A program made the position numbers and the translations under genes. DNA of 45,719 bases, taken from contig JAHXGL010000003.1 of assembly GCA_019923655.1 (NCBI GenBank), positions 1-45,719 on the forward strand, written 5' to 3'. The notes beneath the pieces were generated by a model. It was not told where the DNA came from, ran no database searches, and saw only the letters and a program-made list of their open reading frames with translations. Source of the DNA: Candidatus Nealsonbacteria bacterium. GTDB lineage: Bacteria > Patescibacteriota > Minisyncoccia > Minisyncoccales > RBG-13-42-11. Positions 35,423-43,945 of the stretch are shown piece after piece (position 1 is the stretch's first letter; every line of letters starts with the position of its first letter).

Positions 35423-35479
35423 CAATGTGTTCAATGTCCGGAGCAATGTGTTCAATGTCCGATATTGAACAATTGAACA
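35423..35479 (-). promoter_or_regulatory. Repeat cluster upstream of the M20 peptidase gene (candidate operator)
   Basis: caatgtgttcaatgtccg occurs twice exactly (35423-40, 35444-61), followed by attgaaca twice (35464-71, 35472-79). This gives four TGTTCAA/TTGAACA half-sites, two in each orientation. Confidence 0.5.
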
Positions 35480-35501
35480 AAATCAGCTTTTGAACTTAAA
35501 T

Positions 35502-36398
35502 TTATTCATGACTTTGAGAGCGACTATCATTTGTAGGTGAATAAGCTGATATATTTAAAAGATCATCAAGTGAAGCAAAACGATAACCTCTATTTCGTAA
35601 TTCTTTAATAATTTTGGGTAGGGCTTTTACTGTTTGAGAACGATCTCCGCCCATCATGGATGGACATCCATCATGAAGTCCAATAATTCCTCCTGGCCCT
35701 ACTCTTCTTAAAATATCTTGGGCAATATGTTCTGCGGTTACTGGATCCCAATCATTAGTCATAGCGCTCCAGGTAATAATTTGATAATTTTTTTCTCTGA
35801 GAATCTCAATCATTAATGGGCTACACGCTCCAAAGGGCGGTCTAAAAAAAATTGGATGTTCTCCAGTTATTTTATAAATTATTTCAGAAGTTTTTTTTAT
35901 TTCCTCTTTAATTTCCTGTTCTGAAATATGAATAAAATTTGGATGCGAAAAACTATGATTTCCAATAATATGACCTTTTTCAAAAATTTCTTTTACCAAT
36001 TCAGGATCTATTTTAGCATATTTTCCTTTTATAAAAAAACCAGCTTTTATGTTATAGTTTTCTAAAATTGACAGAATTTCTCGAGTATATTCTTTATTTG
36101 GTCCATCATCAAAGGTAAGAGCAACAATCTTTTCTGATGTCCTGCCTTGACTAATTCCTTGACAAGCTTCCATTGCTAAAAATTTGGGATAAATCTCGTT
36201 TAATTTTTCTACCTTATTTTCCTCTGTAATTTTGATTTCTTCCATTTTATTTTCCCGCGCAATCTTAATTTCCTCCAACGCTTCCCCCTTTTTTTCCAGT
36301 GTTTTAAAATATTGCCAAACTAAAATTCCTCCGGAAAGAAGAACCATAACTATCAAAACAATTATAATTAGTATAGAATTTTTTTGGTTATTTATCAT
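35502..36398 (-). CDS. Polysaccharide deacetylase (NodB homology domain) with N-terminal TM anchor
   Basis: TFDDGP motif, HSFSHP motif and an N-terminal hydrophobic segment. Confidence 0.88.
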   Translation of the reverse strand: MINNQKNSILIIIVLIVMVLLSGGILVWQYFKTLEKKGEALEEIKIARENKMEEIKITEENKVEKLNEIYPKFLAMEACQGISQGRTSEKIVALTFDDGPNKEYTREILSILENYNIKAGFFIKGKYAKIDPELVKEIFEKGHIIGNHSFSHPNFIHISEQEIKEEIKKTSEIIYKITGEHPIFFRPPFGACSPLMIEILREKNYQIITWSAMTNDWDPVTAEHIAQDILRRVGPGGIIGLHDGCPSMMGGDRSQTVKALPKIIKELRNRGYRFASLDDLLNISAYSPTNDSRSQSHE

Positions 36399-36452
36399 AA
36401 ATTTTGGTTATTTTGCGTCTCTCTAAATATCAATTTATTTGCCATTTTTTTA

Positions 36453-37151
36453 TTATTGTGTTTCTGTTGTTTCTTGTTTAGTTAGCTGAATATAAGCAAT
36501 AGTAAAAACAGACATTAACCAACCTGATAATAAGATTGATATAAAATCAAGAATTATGGCAACCTGAACTGATACTGGGGCTATTATGCTGGCTATTGTA
36601 GACAAAATCATTATTGGGATTAAAAAGATTAAATGAATCCAAAAAACCCCCCACCAATTTCCTGTTACTATGCGCCAACTTTTCTCAAAAGAATCAATTA
36701 TTTTGGTATTGTCTAATAAAATAGCATAGTTATAGAAAACAAACTTATTAAGAAGAAATATTCCAGGAACTATTAAAGCAATCAATCCTATTATCCCTAT
36801 TAAAGAATATAGTATTGTTGCTATAAAGATAAATACGAATTTTCTTAGCGATAAGCTTACTGCTTCAGAAATAGAAACATTGCCCTTAACAGCGTCATAA
36901 ACCATTTTACAAACCATTGAAAGCAAAAACGAAGAAATAAGTAAAGATAAAATGGCATATGCATATAATGCAAAATGTTCTGGCAATACAGGAGCTACTT
37001 TCGAAAAATAAGCCAATTTAGGAGTATAAACAAAAAAGTAAATGAATATACAATTCAAAACAGCATTAATAACTATTGGCGCTAAAATAACTGGATTCTT
37101 TATAATTATTTCTAACCCTTGTTTTATTGATTGAATAACTTGAAGTTTCAT
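36453..37151 (-). CDS. Multi-pass membrane protein, function unknown
   Basis: 232 aa with about 6 hydrophobic segments. No motif recognised. Confidence 0.55.
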   Translation of the reverse strand: MKLQVIQSIKQGLEIIIKNPVILAPIVINAVLNCIFIYFFVYTPKLAYFSKVAPVLPEHFALYAYAILSLLISSFLLSMVCKMVYDAVKGNVSISEAVSLSLRKFVFIFIATILYSLIGIIGLIALIVPGIFLLNKFVFYNYAILLDNTKIIDSFEKSWRIVTGNWWGVFWIHLIFLIPIMILSTIASIIAPVSVQVAIILDFISILLSGWLMSVFTIAYIQLTKQETTETQ

Positions 37152-37242
37152 ATTTTTTTAATTACTTTAATTATTTTTTGTCGACCTTTATACTTTCAAG
37201 ATTAAATTTTTATTTTTCATTGGCCAGTCCTCTGTAAGTTTT

Positions 37243-38505
37243 TTACCCAGCTGGATTGTAATATTTCTTTTCCCCTATTTCTTTTGGAAAATGGGTCTGA
37301 TTTGGTTTTTTACCGGGAATATCGTGGGCGTATTGATAACCCTTTCCATAGCCGATTTTTTTGAGCAAAGAAGTGGTTGCGTTTCTTAAATGCAATGGCA
37401 CGCCAAAAGAACCCTTTTTAGCATCTTCTTTTGCTTTTAATAAAGCAGTATAAGAAGCATTGCTTTTTGGAGCGGTGGACAAATAAGTAACTCCCTGGGC
37501 TAAATTAATCTGGGCTTCTGGCAAACCAACATATTCTACTGCTTGAGCAATAGCTGTTGCTATTTGAATCGCTTGCGAGTCAGCATTGCCAATATCTTCA
37601 GAAGCGAAAACAACCATTCGCCGGGCAATAAATTTTGGGTCTTCACCCGATTCAAGCATCCGAGCCAGCCAATAAAGCGCGGCATCCGGGTCAGAATCTC
37701 TCATACTTTTATGCAGCGCGGAAATTAAATTGTAGTGCTCCTCCCCTTTCTTATCATATCGCAAAGCATGTTCTTTGAGGATTTGAGAAACTTCTTCGGC
37801 TTTGATAATTTTTCTCGGCTTGTTTTTCAAATAATTTGCCACAAATTCCAAACCATTAAGTCCTGCCCGGGCATCGCCATCAGCAAAATTTATCAGCCGC
37901 TCCAATGCCTTATTGGTAATTCTAAGATTCATTTTCCCGAGACCATTTTCTTCATTTCTCAAAGCGCGAAGTAAAATCTTTTCTATTGCTTGAAAAGAGA
38001 GCGGTTTCAAAATATAAACCGCGGAGCGGGACAAAAGAGGAGAAATTACCTCAAAAGATGGATTTTCAGTGGTAGCGCCAATTAGAATAACCCTCCCGTC
38101 TTCAACCGAAGGCAGTAAAGCGTCCTGTTGGGCTTTATTAAACCGATGAATTTCGTCAATAAAAAGAATGGTGCGCTGTTTTTTGAATTTCAGCCGCTCG
38201 CTTGCCTGAACAATCGCTTTTCTAACATCATTAATACTTGCGGCAACTGCTGAAAATTTCACAAAACAGGCTTTTGTTTTTTGAGCAATAATTCTGGCTA
38301 AAGTGGTTTTTCCTGTTCCGGGCGGACCCCAAAAAATCAAAGAGGTTAAATCATCATTTTGGATAACCCTTCTCAAGGGGCTATTTTTACCCACCAACTC
38401 GTCCTGGCCAAAAAAGCAGTCAAAATCAAAAGGCCTTACTCTGTCGGCCAAAGGCGCGCTTTTTTTCAAATATTCTTCAGAATTTTGAACAGACAAATTT
38501 TTCAT
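37243..38505 (-). CDS. rarA: Replication-associated recombination protein A (MgsA/RarA AAA+ ATPase)
   Basis: Walker [10 protein letters not shown], Walker [11 protein letters not shown], and a MgsA C-terminal domain ([23 protein letters not shown]). Confidence 0.93.
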   Translation of the reverse strand: MKNLSVQNSEEYLKKSAPLADRVRPFDFDCFFGQDELVGKNSPLRRVIQNDDLTSLIFWGPPGTGKTTLARIIAQKTKACFVKFSAVAASINDVRKAIVQASERLKFKKQRTILFIDEIHRFNKAQQDALLPSVEDGRVILIGATTENPSFEVISPLLSRSAVYILKPLSFQAIEKILLRALRNEENGLGKMNLRITNKALERLINFADGDARAGLNGLEFVANYLKNKPRKIIKAEEVSQILKEHALRYDKKGEEHYNLISALHKSMRDSDPDAALYWLARMLESGEDPKFIARRMVVFASEDIGNADSQAIQIATAIAQAVEYVGLPEAQINLAQGVTYLSTAPKSNASYTALLKAKEDAKKGSFGVPLHLRNATTSLLKKIGYGKGYQYAHDIPGKKPNQTHFPKEIGEKKYYNPAG

Positions 38506-39302
38506 CTTCTATACAAATAAATAGCCACTTTTTTATTCTGGCTAATCGTTGTTTTTATTGCTTCTACGTTTTTCGCGGATTTTAACAAGGTTTTCCAGGA
38601 ATATAGATGCCAGGGCTGGTGAAAATCAGAATTAGCAATATAATTAAATTTTTTTAACCCAATAACGTTAAAAAGGTCGTCGCGGTTAGCCACTTCCCAA
38701 GCGTCAAAAAGATTGACGTATTTTTTGTGTTCATCCCAAAGACGAGCGGAAAGCTGTTTGCCTTCTTTGCCTTCTGATGTTTTATGGTGCGGATGGCAGG
38801 CAATGGCAATGCCGCCCTGATTATGGATTTGTTTGATTGCGTTTTCAACCGGCAAACAAGGGTCAATATACTTTTTTATGTCAATGGCTAAAATGTGATA
38901 TTTGCCCCAGTCATTAGTAATCTCAACGCCGGGAATAACCAGCATTTTGTATTTTTGCCAGGCTCTTTTCTTTTCCTTTTGAAGAGCTTTTAAATAATCT
39001 GGAAAATCTTTTTCTGTTATCGCTTCAATAGAGCAATTATTGTCTCGGCGGTTCGCAAAAGTTTTCTTGTCTAAAATATGGTCTGTGATACTAATAGCGT
39101 CAAACCTGTTTCTGCCAAAAAGGTCAATCACTTCCCGAAGCGGCAATACTCCATCGCTGAAATTCGTATGAATGTGAAAATCGCAAAACAGCCAACCTTT
39201 AAGGTTTGGACATTTTGAATCAGCTCTTTGCGCATTTCTACTGTCTTTTGAATTAGGAACATATGCCCCGGTTATTCTTTGTGAATTATAATATTGTGAC
39301 AT
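38502..39302 (-). CDS. PHP-domain metal-dependent phosphoesterase
   Basis: CDFHIHTNFSDG N-terminal PHP motif and a later AIACHPHH motif. Confidence 0.8.
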   Translation of the reverse strand: MSQYYNSQRITGAYVPNSKDSRNAQRADSKCPNLKGWLFCDFHIHTNFSDGVLPLREVIDLFGRNRFDAISITDHILDKKTFANRRDNNCSIEAITEKDFPDYLKALQKEKKRAWQKYKMLVIPGVEITNDWGKYHILAIDIKKYIDPCLPVENAIKQIHNQGGIAIACHPHHKTSEGKEGKQLSARLWDEHKKYVNLFDAWEVANRDDLFNVIGLKKFNYIANSDFHQPWHLYSWKTLLKSAKNVEAIKTTISQNKKVAIYLYRR

Positions 39303-39316
39303 ATTGCAGTTATTTA

Positions 39317-39796
39317 TTAAAAATAGTTAATAAATCTTTTTTTAATGTCTGAAAATTTTTGCTTTTTCCAAAAAATTCTTTTATTTGTTAACCATTCAAT
39401 TACTGCTTTTTGTAATACGACTGGGTAAACCTTCTTGCGGCTAAAGTCTTTCCTGTTTAAAAAGATAAAGTCAATATAGTCTTCCATACTTTTATCTTTT
39501 ACTTTTTCTACCGAAACGCTGAAAACTAAATTAATCTCATGATGTTTCCCCTTGTCTTCCTTGTGTTTGTCCTGCCTTTCTATATAAATATTTTCCACTA
39601 TTCCAATAAAAGATAATTTTTTGACTACGACGCCTAATTCTTCTTTTAATTCACGGATAAGTGCGGACTCAGCCGTTTCACCAAAATCAATATGTCCACC
39701 GGGGAAAAAGTAGTATTTCTTTTCTTTATGCCAACAAAATAGAATTTTTCCTTTAGATTTAATTATTGCCCTAATGCAGATTTCAATATTTTTCAT
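39317..39796 (-). CDS. NUDIX hydrolase
   Basis: Nudix box GGHIDFGETAESALIRELKEELGV. Confidence 0.9.
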   Translation of the reverse strand: MKNIEICIRAIIKSKGKILFCWHKEKKYYFFPGGHIDFGETAESALIRELKEELGVVVKKLSFIGIVENIYIERQDKHKEDKGKHHEINLVFSVSVEKVKDKSMEDYIDFIFLNRKDFSRKKVYPVVLQKAVIEWLTNKRIFWKKQKFSDIKKRFINYF

Positions 39797-39802
39797 ACCT
39801 TT

Positions 39803-39832
39803 ATTCTACCAAAAAATCGCCTCCTTGGCGAC
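39803..39832 (-). promoter_or_regulatory. Hairpin plus U-run plus TGGTAGAAT promoter cassette, copy d
   Basis: In minus sense: gtcgccaaggaggcga hairpin, TTTTTT, GGTAGAAT, then 6 nt to the ATG at 39796. No upstream minus-strand gene needs a terminator here. Confidence 0.65.
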
Positions 39833-39911
39833 TTTTTTCAGCTTCCGGCTAAATTTTGATTATTTTTTATCTTTAGTAAATTATAAGTAATCCCAGGCCC
39901 TTGGGTATAAG

Positions 39912-39940
39912 TTGACAGTTTCATAGTTGTTCACTATTAT
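39912..39940 (+). promoter_or_regulatory. Sigma70-like promoter for the plus-strand prephenate dehydratase gene
   Basis: TTGACA (39912-17), 17 nt, TATTAT (39935-40), overlapping TATAAT. Confidence 0.5.
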
Positions 39941-40021
39941 AATATATACTTGGTTCTATAAAAAACCACAACTTCGTTTAATCTTTATAATACTATTACA
40001 ATACTATTGCTATCATTAATT

Positions 40022-40642
40022 ATGAAAGGCAAAAAATCAATTATTATAGGAGTGTCAGGCGGTAAAGGGAGTTTTTCAGAGGAAGCAGCCTTATATTATT
40101 CTCAGAAATACGATCTAAAAAATTCCAAAATAAAATACTTAATCAGCGTAGAAAGAGTGCTTAAAAATTTGGGCAAAGATAAAGTTGATTTGGGAATTTT
40201 TCCAATCGAGAATTCCAACGGAGGTATTGTTTATGAGGCGATCTATGCAATGGCAAAATATAATTTTAAAATTAAGCATCTTTTTGAAATTGATATTAGA
40301 CATAATCTCTTGGTAAAACCTAATATTAAAAAACAGGATATTAAAAAAATTGCTTCTCATTCCCAAGCCCTAAAACAATGCCGAATGTATTTGAAAAGAA
40401 AATGGCCCAAGATTGAATTGATTGAGTGGTCAGATACCGCTGAAGCTGCCAAAGATTTATCTCAAGGAAAACTTACTCCTGATACCGCTATAGTTGCGCC
40501 GCTTAATTGCGCTAAATTATACAATTTAAAAATTTTAGAGAGGGAAATCCAAGATTTAAAATTTAACTTTACTACCTTTTTAGCGGTAAAAGGATTTGTC
40601 AAAAATTATAAGGCAAGCCGCGGTAATTTCTGTTATAAATAA
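40022..40642 (+). CDS. pheA: Prephenate dehydratase catalytic (PDT) domain protein without an obvious ACT domain
   Basis: GSFSEEAA, IENSNGGIV and SHSQALKQC patterns, typical of PDT. ATG at 40022; the track start at 40007 is a TTG. Confidence 0.75.
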   Translation: MKGKKSIIIGVSGGKGSFSEEAALYYSQKYDLKNSKIKYLISVERVLKNLGKDKVDLGIFPIENSNGGIVYEAIYAMAKYNFKIKHLFEIDIRHNLLVKPNIKKQDIKKIASHSQALKQCRMYLKRKWPKIELIEWSDTAEAAKDLSQGKLTPDTAIVAPLNCAKLYNLKILEREIQDLKFNFTTFLAVKGFVKNYKASRGNFCYK

Positions 40643-40706
40643 AACAGATTTTTTATCTTAAAATAAAAAAACGCCTTTAAAAGATGGCTTTTGGTTAAAA
40701 TCGGGT

Positions 40707-41360
40707 TTATTTTCTCTTTTTTCTTTTTAATTTCTCCAATTCTTCCAATTCTTCCTCGGCTATTGTTCTAATAAACTCTAAGAGAATCGGGTCGTCCACC
40801 ACTTCGTCTGCGTGTTCCCACCAGGGTTTGGTGGGAAATTTTTTATCTTTCTTCCACCATTCAAAAGCCTCTATGAGATTTTCTATCACATCTATCTGCG
40901 AGACAAATTTTGCTTCCGGGCTCTTCCCTTTCTGATATTCCGACCATAAATCCAATACTTCTTTTTTAAAAGCATTGGACAAACAAGCAGTTAATTTTTT
41001 AAGAGCCTGTTTTTCTTTCTTCAATTTTTCAATATGCATTTTCCTTTTCTGGCTTAAAGGAAGACGACGCCAACTTCTGACAAACTTATATCTCCTCTTT
41101 TTTTCTTTGGGTAAAAGGCCATTGTAAGGGGTGATGTCGCCGGTATAGATCTTACAAAGGTCGTGGATGAGAGCCATCTTCAAAGATTTTCTGATGTGAA
41201 TTTTCTTTTTCTTTCCGGCCAACAGCCAAACCATCATTGCCATTCGAAAAGTATGATCAGTAGCCGAATCCGGGCTCTTTATTCCATAAAAAGTCACTCC
41301 TTTTCTTTTAATGTTTTTTAGCTTACCGACTTCCAGTAAAAAATAAAGGACATCCTTCAT
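40707..41360 (-). CDS. HD-domain phosphohydrolase (YfbR/HDDC2-like 5'-nucleotidase)
   Basis: H...HD pattern (TDHTFRMA ... ALIHDLCKIYTGDITP) and a lysine-rich C-terminal tail. Confidence 0.75.
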   Translation of the reverse strand: MKDVLYFLLEVGKLKNIKRKGVTFYGIKSPDSATDHTFRMAMMVWLLAGKKKKIHIRKSLKMALIHDLCKIYTGDITPYNGLLPKEKKRRYKFVRSWRRLPLSQKRKMHIEKLKKEKQALKKLTACLSNAFKKEVLDLWSEYQKGKSPEAKFVSQIDVIENLIEAFEWWKKDKKFPTKPWWEHADEVVDDPILLEFIRTIAEEELEELEKLKRKKRK

Positions 41361-41370
41361 AATTTTAAGA

Positions 41371-41922
41371 TTAACTCAAAATTTGTTTTAATTCGCCTGT
41401 TTTATTAATATATATCAATATTTTTTTAATATCAACTTCAATTTCCGGAGGCAGTCTTCTTTTTCTCAATAATTCCCTGATGGCAATTATTTTTTTGAGA
41501 CTGCCACACTTTAATTGATAATTCCACTTAATATAAGCTAATTCGCTTAAAGTGCCGGCGCTCAACCCGGCGCAGATACAGAAATCAGGGAGGGATACCA
41601 CATTATAGTTCGCCCAAAACCAATTGGGTTCTTTTTTGAGTCTGTCAGCATATTTAACATAGGGTTCAACATGTTTATTGGGCCAGGGCTCGCCTCTCCG
41701 GGGATAGAGAATTACAATTTTTTTCCCAGCATTTTTTTTATAGAAGCGGGCAATAATATTAGTCATGCCTTTATCGCTATTGATCCACAACTCACATCCA
41801 GCTTCTGCTAATAGTTTTCCTATAATTTCTGCCTTGCCAACAAAAAAGCTCCTGGGTTTTTTGGTCAGTTTGCTCAATTTTTGAAGATTGGTTGGACCAA
41901 TAACGCCCACTTTTATTGCCAT
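41371..41922 (-). CDS. LOG/SLOG-like Rossmann protein (TIGR00725-like)
   Basis: 183 aa. N-terminal IKVGVIGP, and GLSAGTLSELA resembling the LOG PGGxGTxxE motif. Recognition is weak. Confidence 0.4.
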   Translation of the reverse strand: MAIKVGVIGPTNLQKLSKLTKKPRSFFVGKAEIIGKLLAEAGCELWINSDKGMTNIIARFYKKNAGKKIVILYPRRGEPWPNKHVEPYVKYADRLKKEPNWFWANYNVVSLPDFCICAGLSAGTLSELAYIKWNYQLKCGSLKKIIAIRELLRKRRLPPEIEVDIKKILIYINKTGELKQILS

Positions 41923-42015
41923 AGATTATAGATTTATGTGTTCCTGGAAAGGGAAATGCTCTGGGTTTAAATCTTGCAAGCGAAAAATGGCTAATTTTTC
42001 TAAGTCTAGTAATTT

Positions 42016-42043
42016 ACTTTAATCTTTTTTAGTATCTTGTCAA
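42016..42043 (-). promoter_or_regulatory. Possible promoter for the LOG-like/HD operon
   Basis: In minus sense: TTGACA (42043-38), 16 nt, TAAAGT (42021-16). Confidence 0.35.
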
Positions 42044-42179
42044 GGATTTACGCTTGACATCATCCACCCCGCCCTTAAAAGCAATAATTCATTTTCTGAA
42101 TATTTGCTAATTATTTCCAATTAGACGACCCAATACAGCGGCAGCGGAAAAACTACTGCTTTTGTGTTAATATTGAAGA

Positions 42180-42851
42180 ATGATGCCCAACTTAAAAGAA
42201 GAAAAAAAATTATGGACACCAACCCAGCTGCTGTCCTCCCATTTACAGGATAGCAAACAAACATCCATGTCCTACAAAAGAGTGGCTGGCTTAGATGAGA
42301 CAGGAAGGGGAAGCTTGGCCGGACCAGTAATGGCAGCAGCGGTGATGATAAATCAGAGAACGTTTCTCCAAAGAAGAAACGTTCTCTTAAACATTAAAGA
42401 TTCAAAACAATTGACGCCAAAAAAGCGCGAAGAGTTCTATAAAATTTTAACTAAAAATCCAAAAATAGAATGGCAGATAGCCAGGGTTTCAGAAAAAGTG
42501 ATTGATAAAATCAATATTTTACAGGCAACGAAACTAGCAATGAAAAAAGCAGTAAACAGGCTTAAGAAAAAACCAAATTTTTTGATTTTGGATGGAAAAA
42601 TGAAATTAGATTTAAAAACTCCTCAAAAATCAATTATTAAGGCAGATACCAAAGTATTTTCCTGCGCAATTGCCTCAATAATTGCCAAAGTAACCAGAGA
42701 TAGAATAATGCAAAAATATCATAAAAAATATCCTCTTTATGGTTTTGACAAACATAAGGGATATCTCACTAAGTTGCATCGAAAAATGCTAAAAAAATAC
42801 GGTCCCTGCGAAATTCATCGAAAAAGCTTTCGCCCAATCAAGGATAGATAA
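42180..42851 (+). CDS. rnhB: Ribonuclease HII
   Basis: GLDETGRGSLAGPV catalytic motif. TGtTAATAT (extended -10) lies 6 nt before the first ATG. An alternative internal start is MSYKRVAGLDE. Confidence 0.9.
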   Translation: MMPNLKEEKKLWTPTQLLSSHLQDSKQTSMSYKRVAGLDETGRGSLAGPVMAAAVMINQRTFLQRRNVLLNIKDSKQLTPKKREEFYKILTKNPKIEWQIARVSEKVIDKINILQATKLAMKKAVNRLKKKPNFLILDGKMKLDLKTPQKSIIKADTKVFSCAIASIIAKVTRDRIMQKYHKKYPLYGFDKHKGYLTKLHRKMLKKYGPCEIHRKSFRPIKDR

Positions 42852-42941
42852 CATCAGCCAATTTTGATAACCTGTCTTGCGAAACACTTATTTTGTTTCT
42901 GTCTTTTTTAATATTACTTTGTATCCAGAACAAAATCTTTA

Positions 42942-43050
42942 CCCCGTAGTGAACTGAAGGTTCTACTACTGGGGCCTGCCCCGTAGTGAACCGAAGGTTC
43001 CACTACGGGGGCTTGCCCCGTAGTGAACGCAAAGCGTTCTACTGCTGGGG
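42942..43050. repeat. Three tandem GC-rich hairpins (CCCCGTAGTGAAC-loop-GTTCNACTACNGGGG)
   Basis: Units at 42942-74, 42979-43010 and 43016-50. In minus sense the middle unit is a perfect stem capped by C(UUCG)G. The array lies between the convergent rnhB and the 217-aa gene. Confidence 0.9.
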
Positions 43051-43100
43051 TTCCGCCGCCGCCGCCGCAATTTTTCGTACCAGCGAAGCTGGCGCACCGC
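43051..43100. repeat. 50-bp direct repeat, left copy
   Basis: ttccgccgccgccgccgcaatttttcgtaccagcgaagctggcgcaccgc matches 45661-45710 at 49/50 positions (43079 a vs 45689 g). Confidence 0.95.
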
Positions 43101-43738
43101 TATTTCAAATTTGGATACAGGGCCCACAACATCGAATCCAGTAATTTTGTATTTGAGATGTATTTATTTTGCCAAAGAAATTTATTCAGAATTGCTTTAT
43201 TTTGCAACTCGTGCCTGACACTGTTTATAAAGTCTTTAATTTCAACATCCGCCAACAATATTTTAAACTTTTCTTTTAATGTTTTATAAATATCAATCCT
43301 ATCTCTAATTTTTTCTTCAAACGAATCTGGATACTTTTGAGGCGGCAATCCAAGAACACGAGCAATATTGCCGTCATAAATTGGTAATTTTTCGTTTATG
43401 GTATGCAATAGCTTTGTTCCAAAACTTAAAAATATTCTGTGGCTATTTTTATACCCAGGTACTCTGTATAACGCCTTGAGAATTTTTTCTAAATCAGTTT
43501 CTCTTGATGAAAGGAGTTTAAAAAATTCTTTTTTTTGTGGCTTAGTTAACCCTCTCGCACCGTTCATAATATAAAATCCACAAAAAACCCTTTCAAATTT
43601 ATCATCTATATTATTTGATAAATATTTCTCTCTAATCAAAAAATAACCTCTAAAATGCCGCCAATTATTGACAGACAAAGTATCGATGATTTCTACTTTA
43701 TGTTTTTTAAGTCGTTCTATTGTTTTCTTTATTAACAT
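43100..43738 (-). CDS. Uncharacterised 212-aa soluble protein, last gene of the Fic cassette
   Basis: Long ORF. ATG at 43738; the track start at 43753 is a TTG. It is helical and K/L/I-rich (SFGTKLLHTINEKLPIYDGNIARVLGL). No family recognised. Confidence 0.6.
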   Translation of the reverse strand: MLIKKTIERLKKHKVEIIDTLSVNNWRHFRGYFLIREKYLSNNIDDKFERVFCGFYIMNGARGLTKPQKKEFFKLLSSRETDLEKILKALYRVPGYKNSHRIFLSFGTKLLHTINEKLPIYDGNIARVLGLPPQKYPDSFEEKIRDRIDIYKTLKEKFKILLADVEIKDFINSVRHELQNKAILNKFLWQNKYISNTKLLDSMLWALYPNLK

Positions 43739-43767
43739 TTTGTTTGTTCTCAAAAATTATCTTTGAG

Positions 43768-43938
43768 TCATTCAATACTTCCTTTGTAATACTTATATTC
43801 CACGCTCTCATTATTTTGTGCCATCGCCGAAATTTTAAAAATTGTGCCCAAGATAATTCGAGTATTCTTTATTTCCTCCGCCATATCAATCGCTGATTTT
43901 CCTTTTGTGCCAGTCCTTTTACTAATTTTATTTTGCAT
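43768..43938 (-). CDS. Candidate 56-aa protein (MQNKISKRTGTKGKSAIDMAEEIKNTRIILGTIFKISAMAQNNESVEYKYYKGSIE)
   Basis: Not in the ORF track. It fills the gap between neighbouring genes, 7 nt after the previous stop. No homology recognised. Confidence 0.35.
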   Translation of the reverse strand: MQNKISKRTGTKGKSAIDMAEEIKNTRIILGTIFKISAMAQNNESVEYKYYKGSIE

Positions 43939-43945
43939 ATTTTAT

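Noticed and set aside
40643-40706. Possible bidirectional terminator between the convergent PDT and HD genes
   Set aside because: Only a 3-4-bp GC stem (gcc...ggc) can be drawn next to the A/T runs. That is too weak to call.
42942-43050. Possible CRISPR array, because of the regularly spaced palindromic repeats (also considered for 15352-15489)
   Set aside because: The units abut one another with only 3-5 nt between them. There are no unique spacers of 25-40 nt, only 3-4 units are present, and no cas genes are seen. These are tandem hairpins of a REP-like kind.
43051-43100. The 50-bp direct repeat as a tRNA 3'-half attachment site
   Set aside because: No T-arm (GTTCRANYC) or acceptor-like structure is present. 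The only hairpin is CCAGC-GAA-GCTGG with a 3-nt loop. No tRNA gene adjoins either copy.
43023-43289. 88-aa plus-strand ORF starting in the hairpin/50-mer region
   Set aside because: It begins inside the repeats (encoding PPPPP from the GCC repeat) and then runs antisense to the 212-aa gene. It is a shadow ORF.
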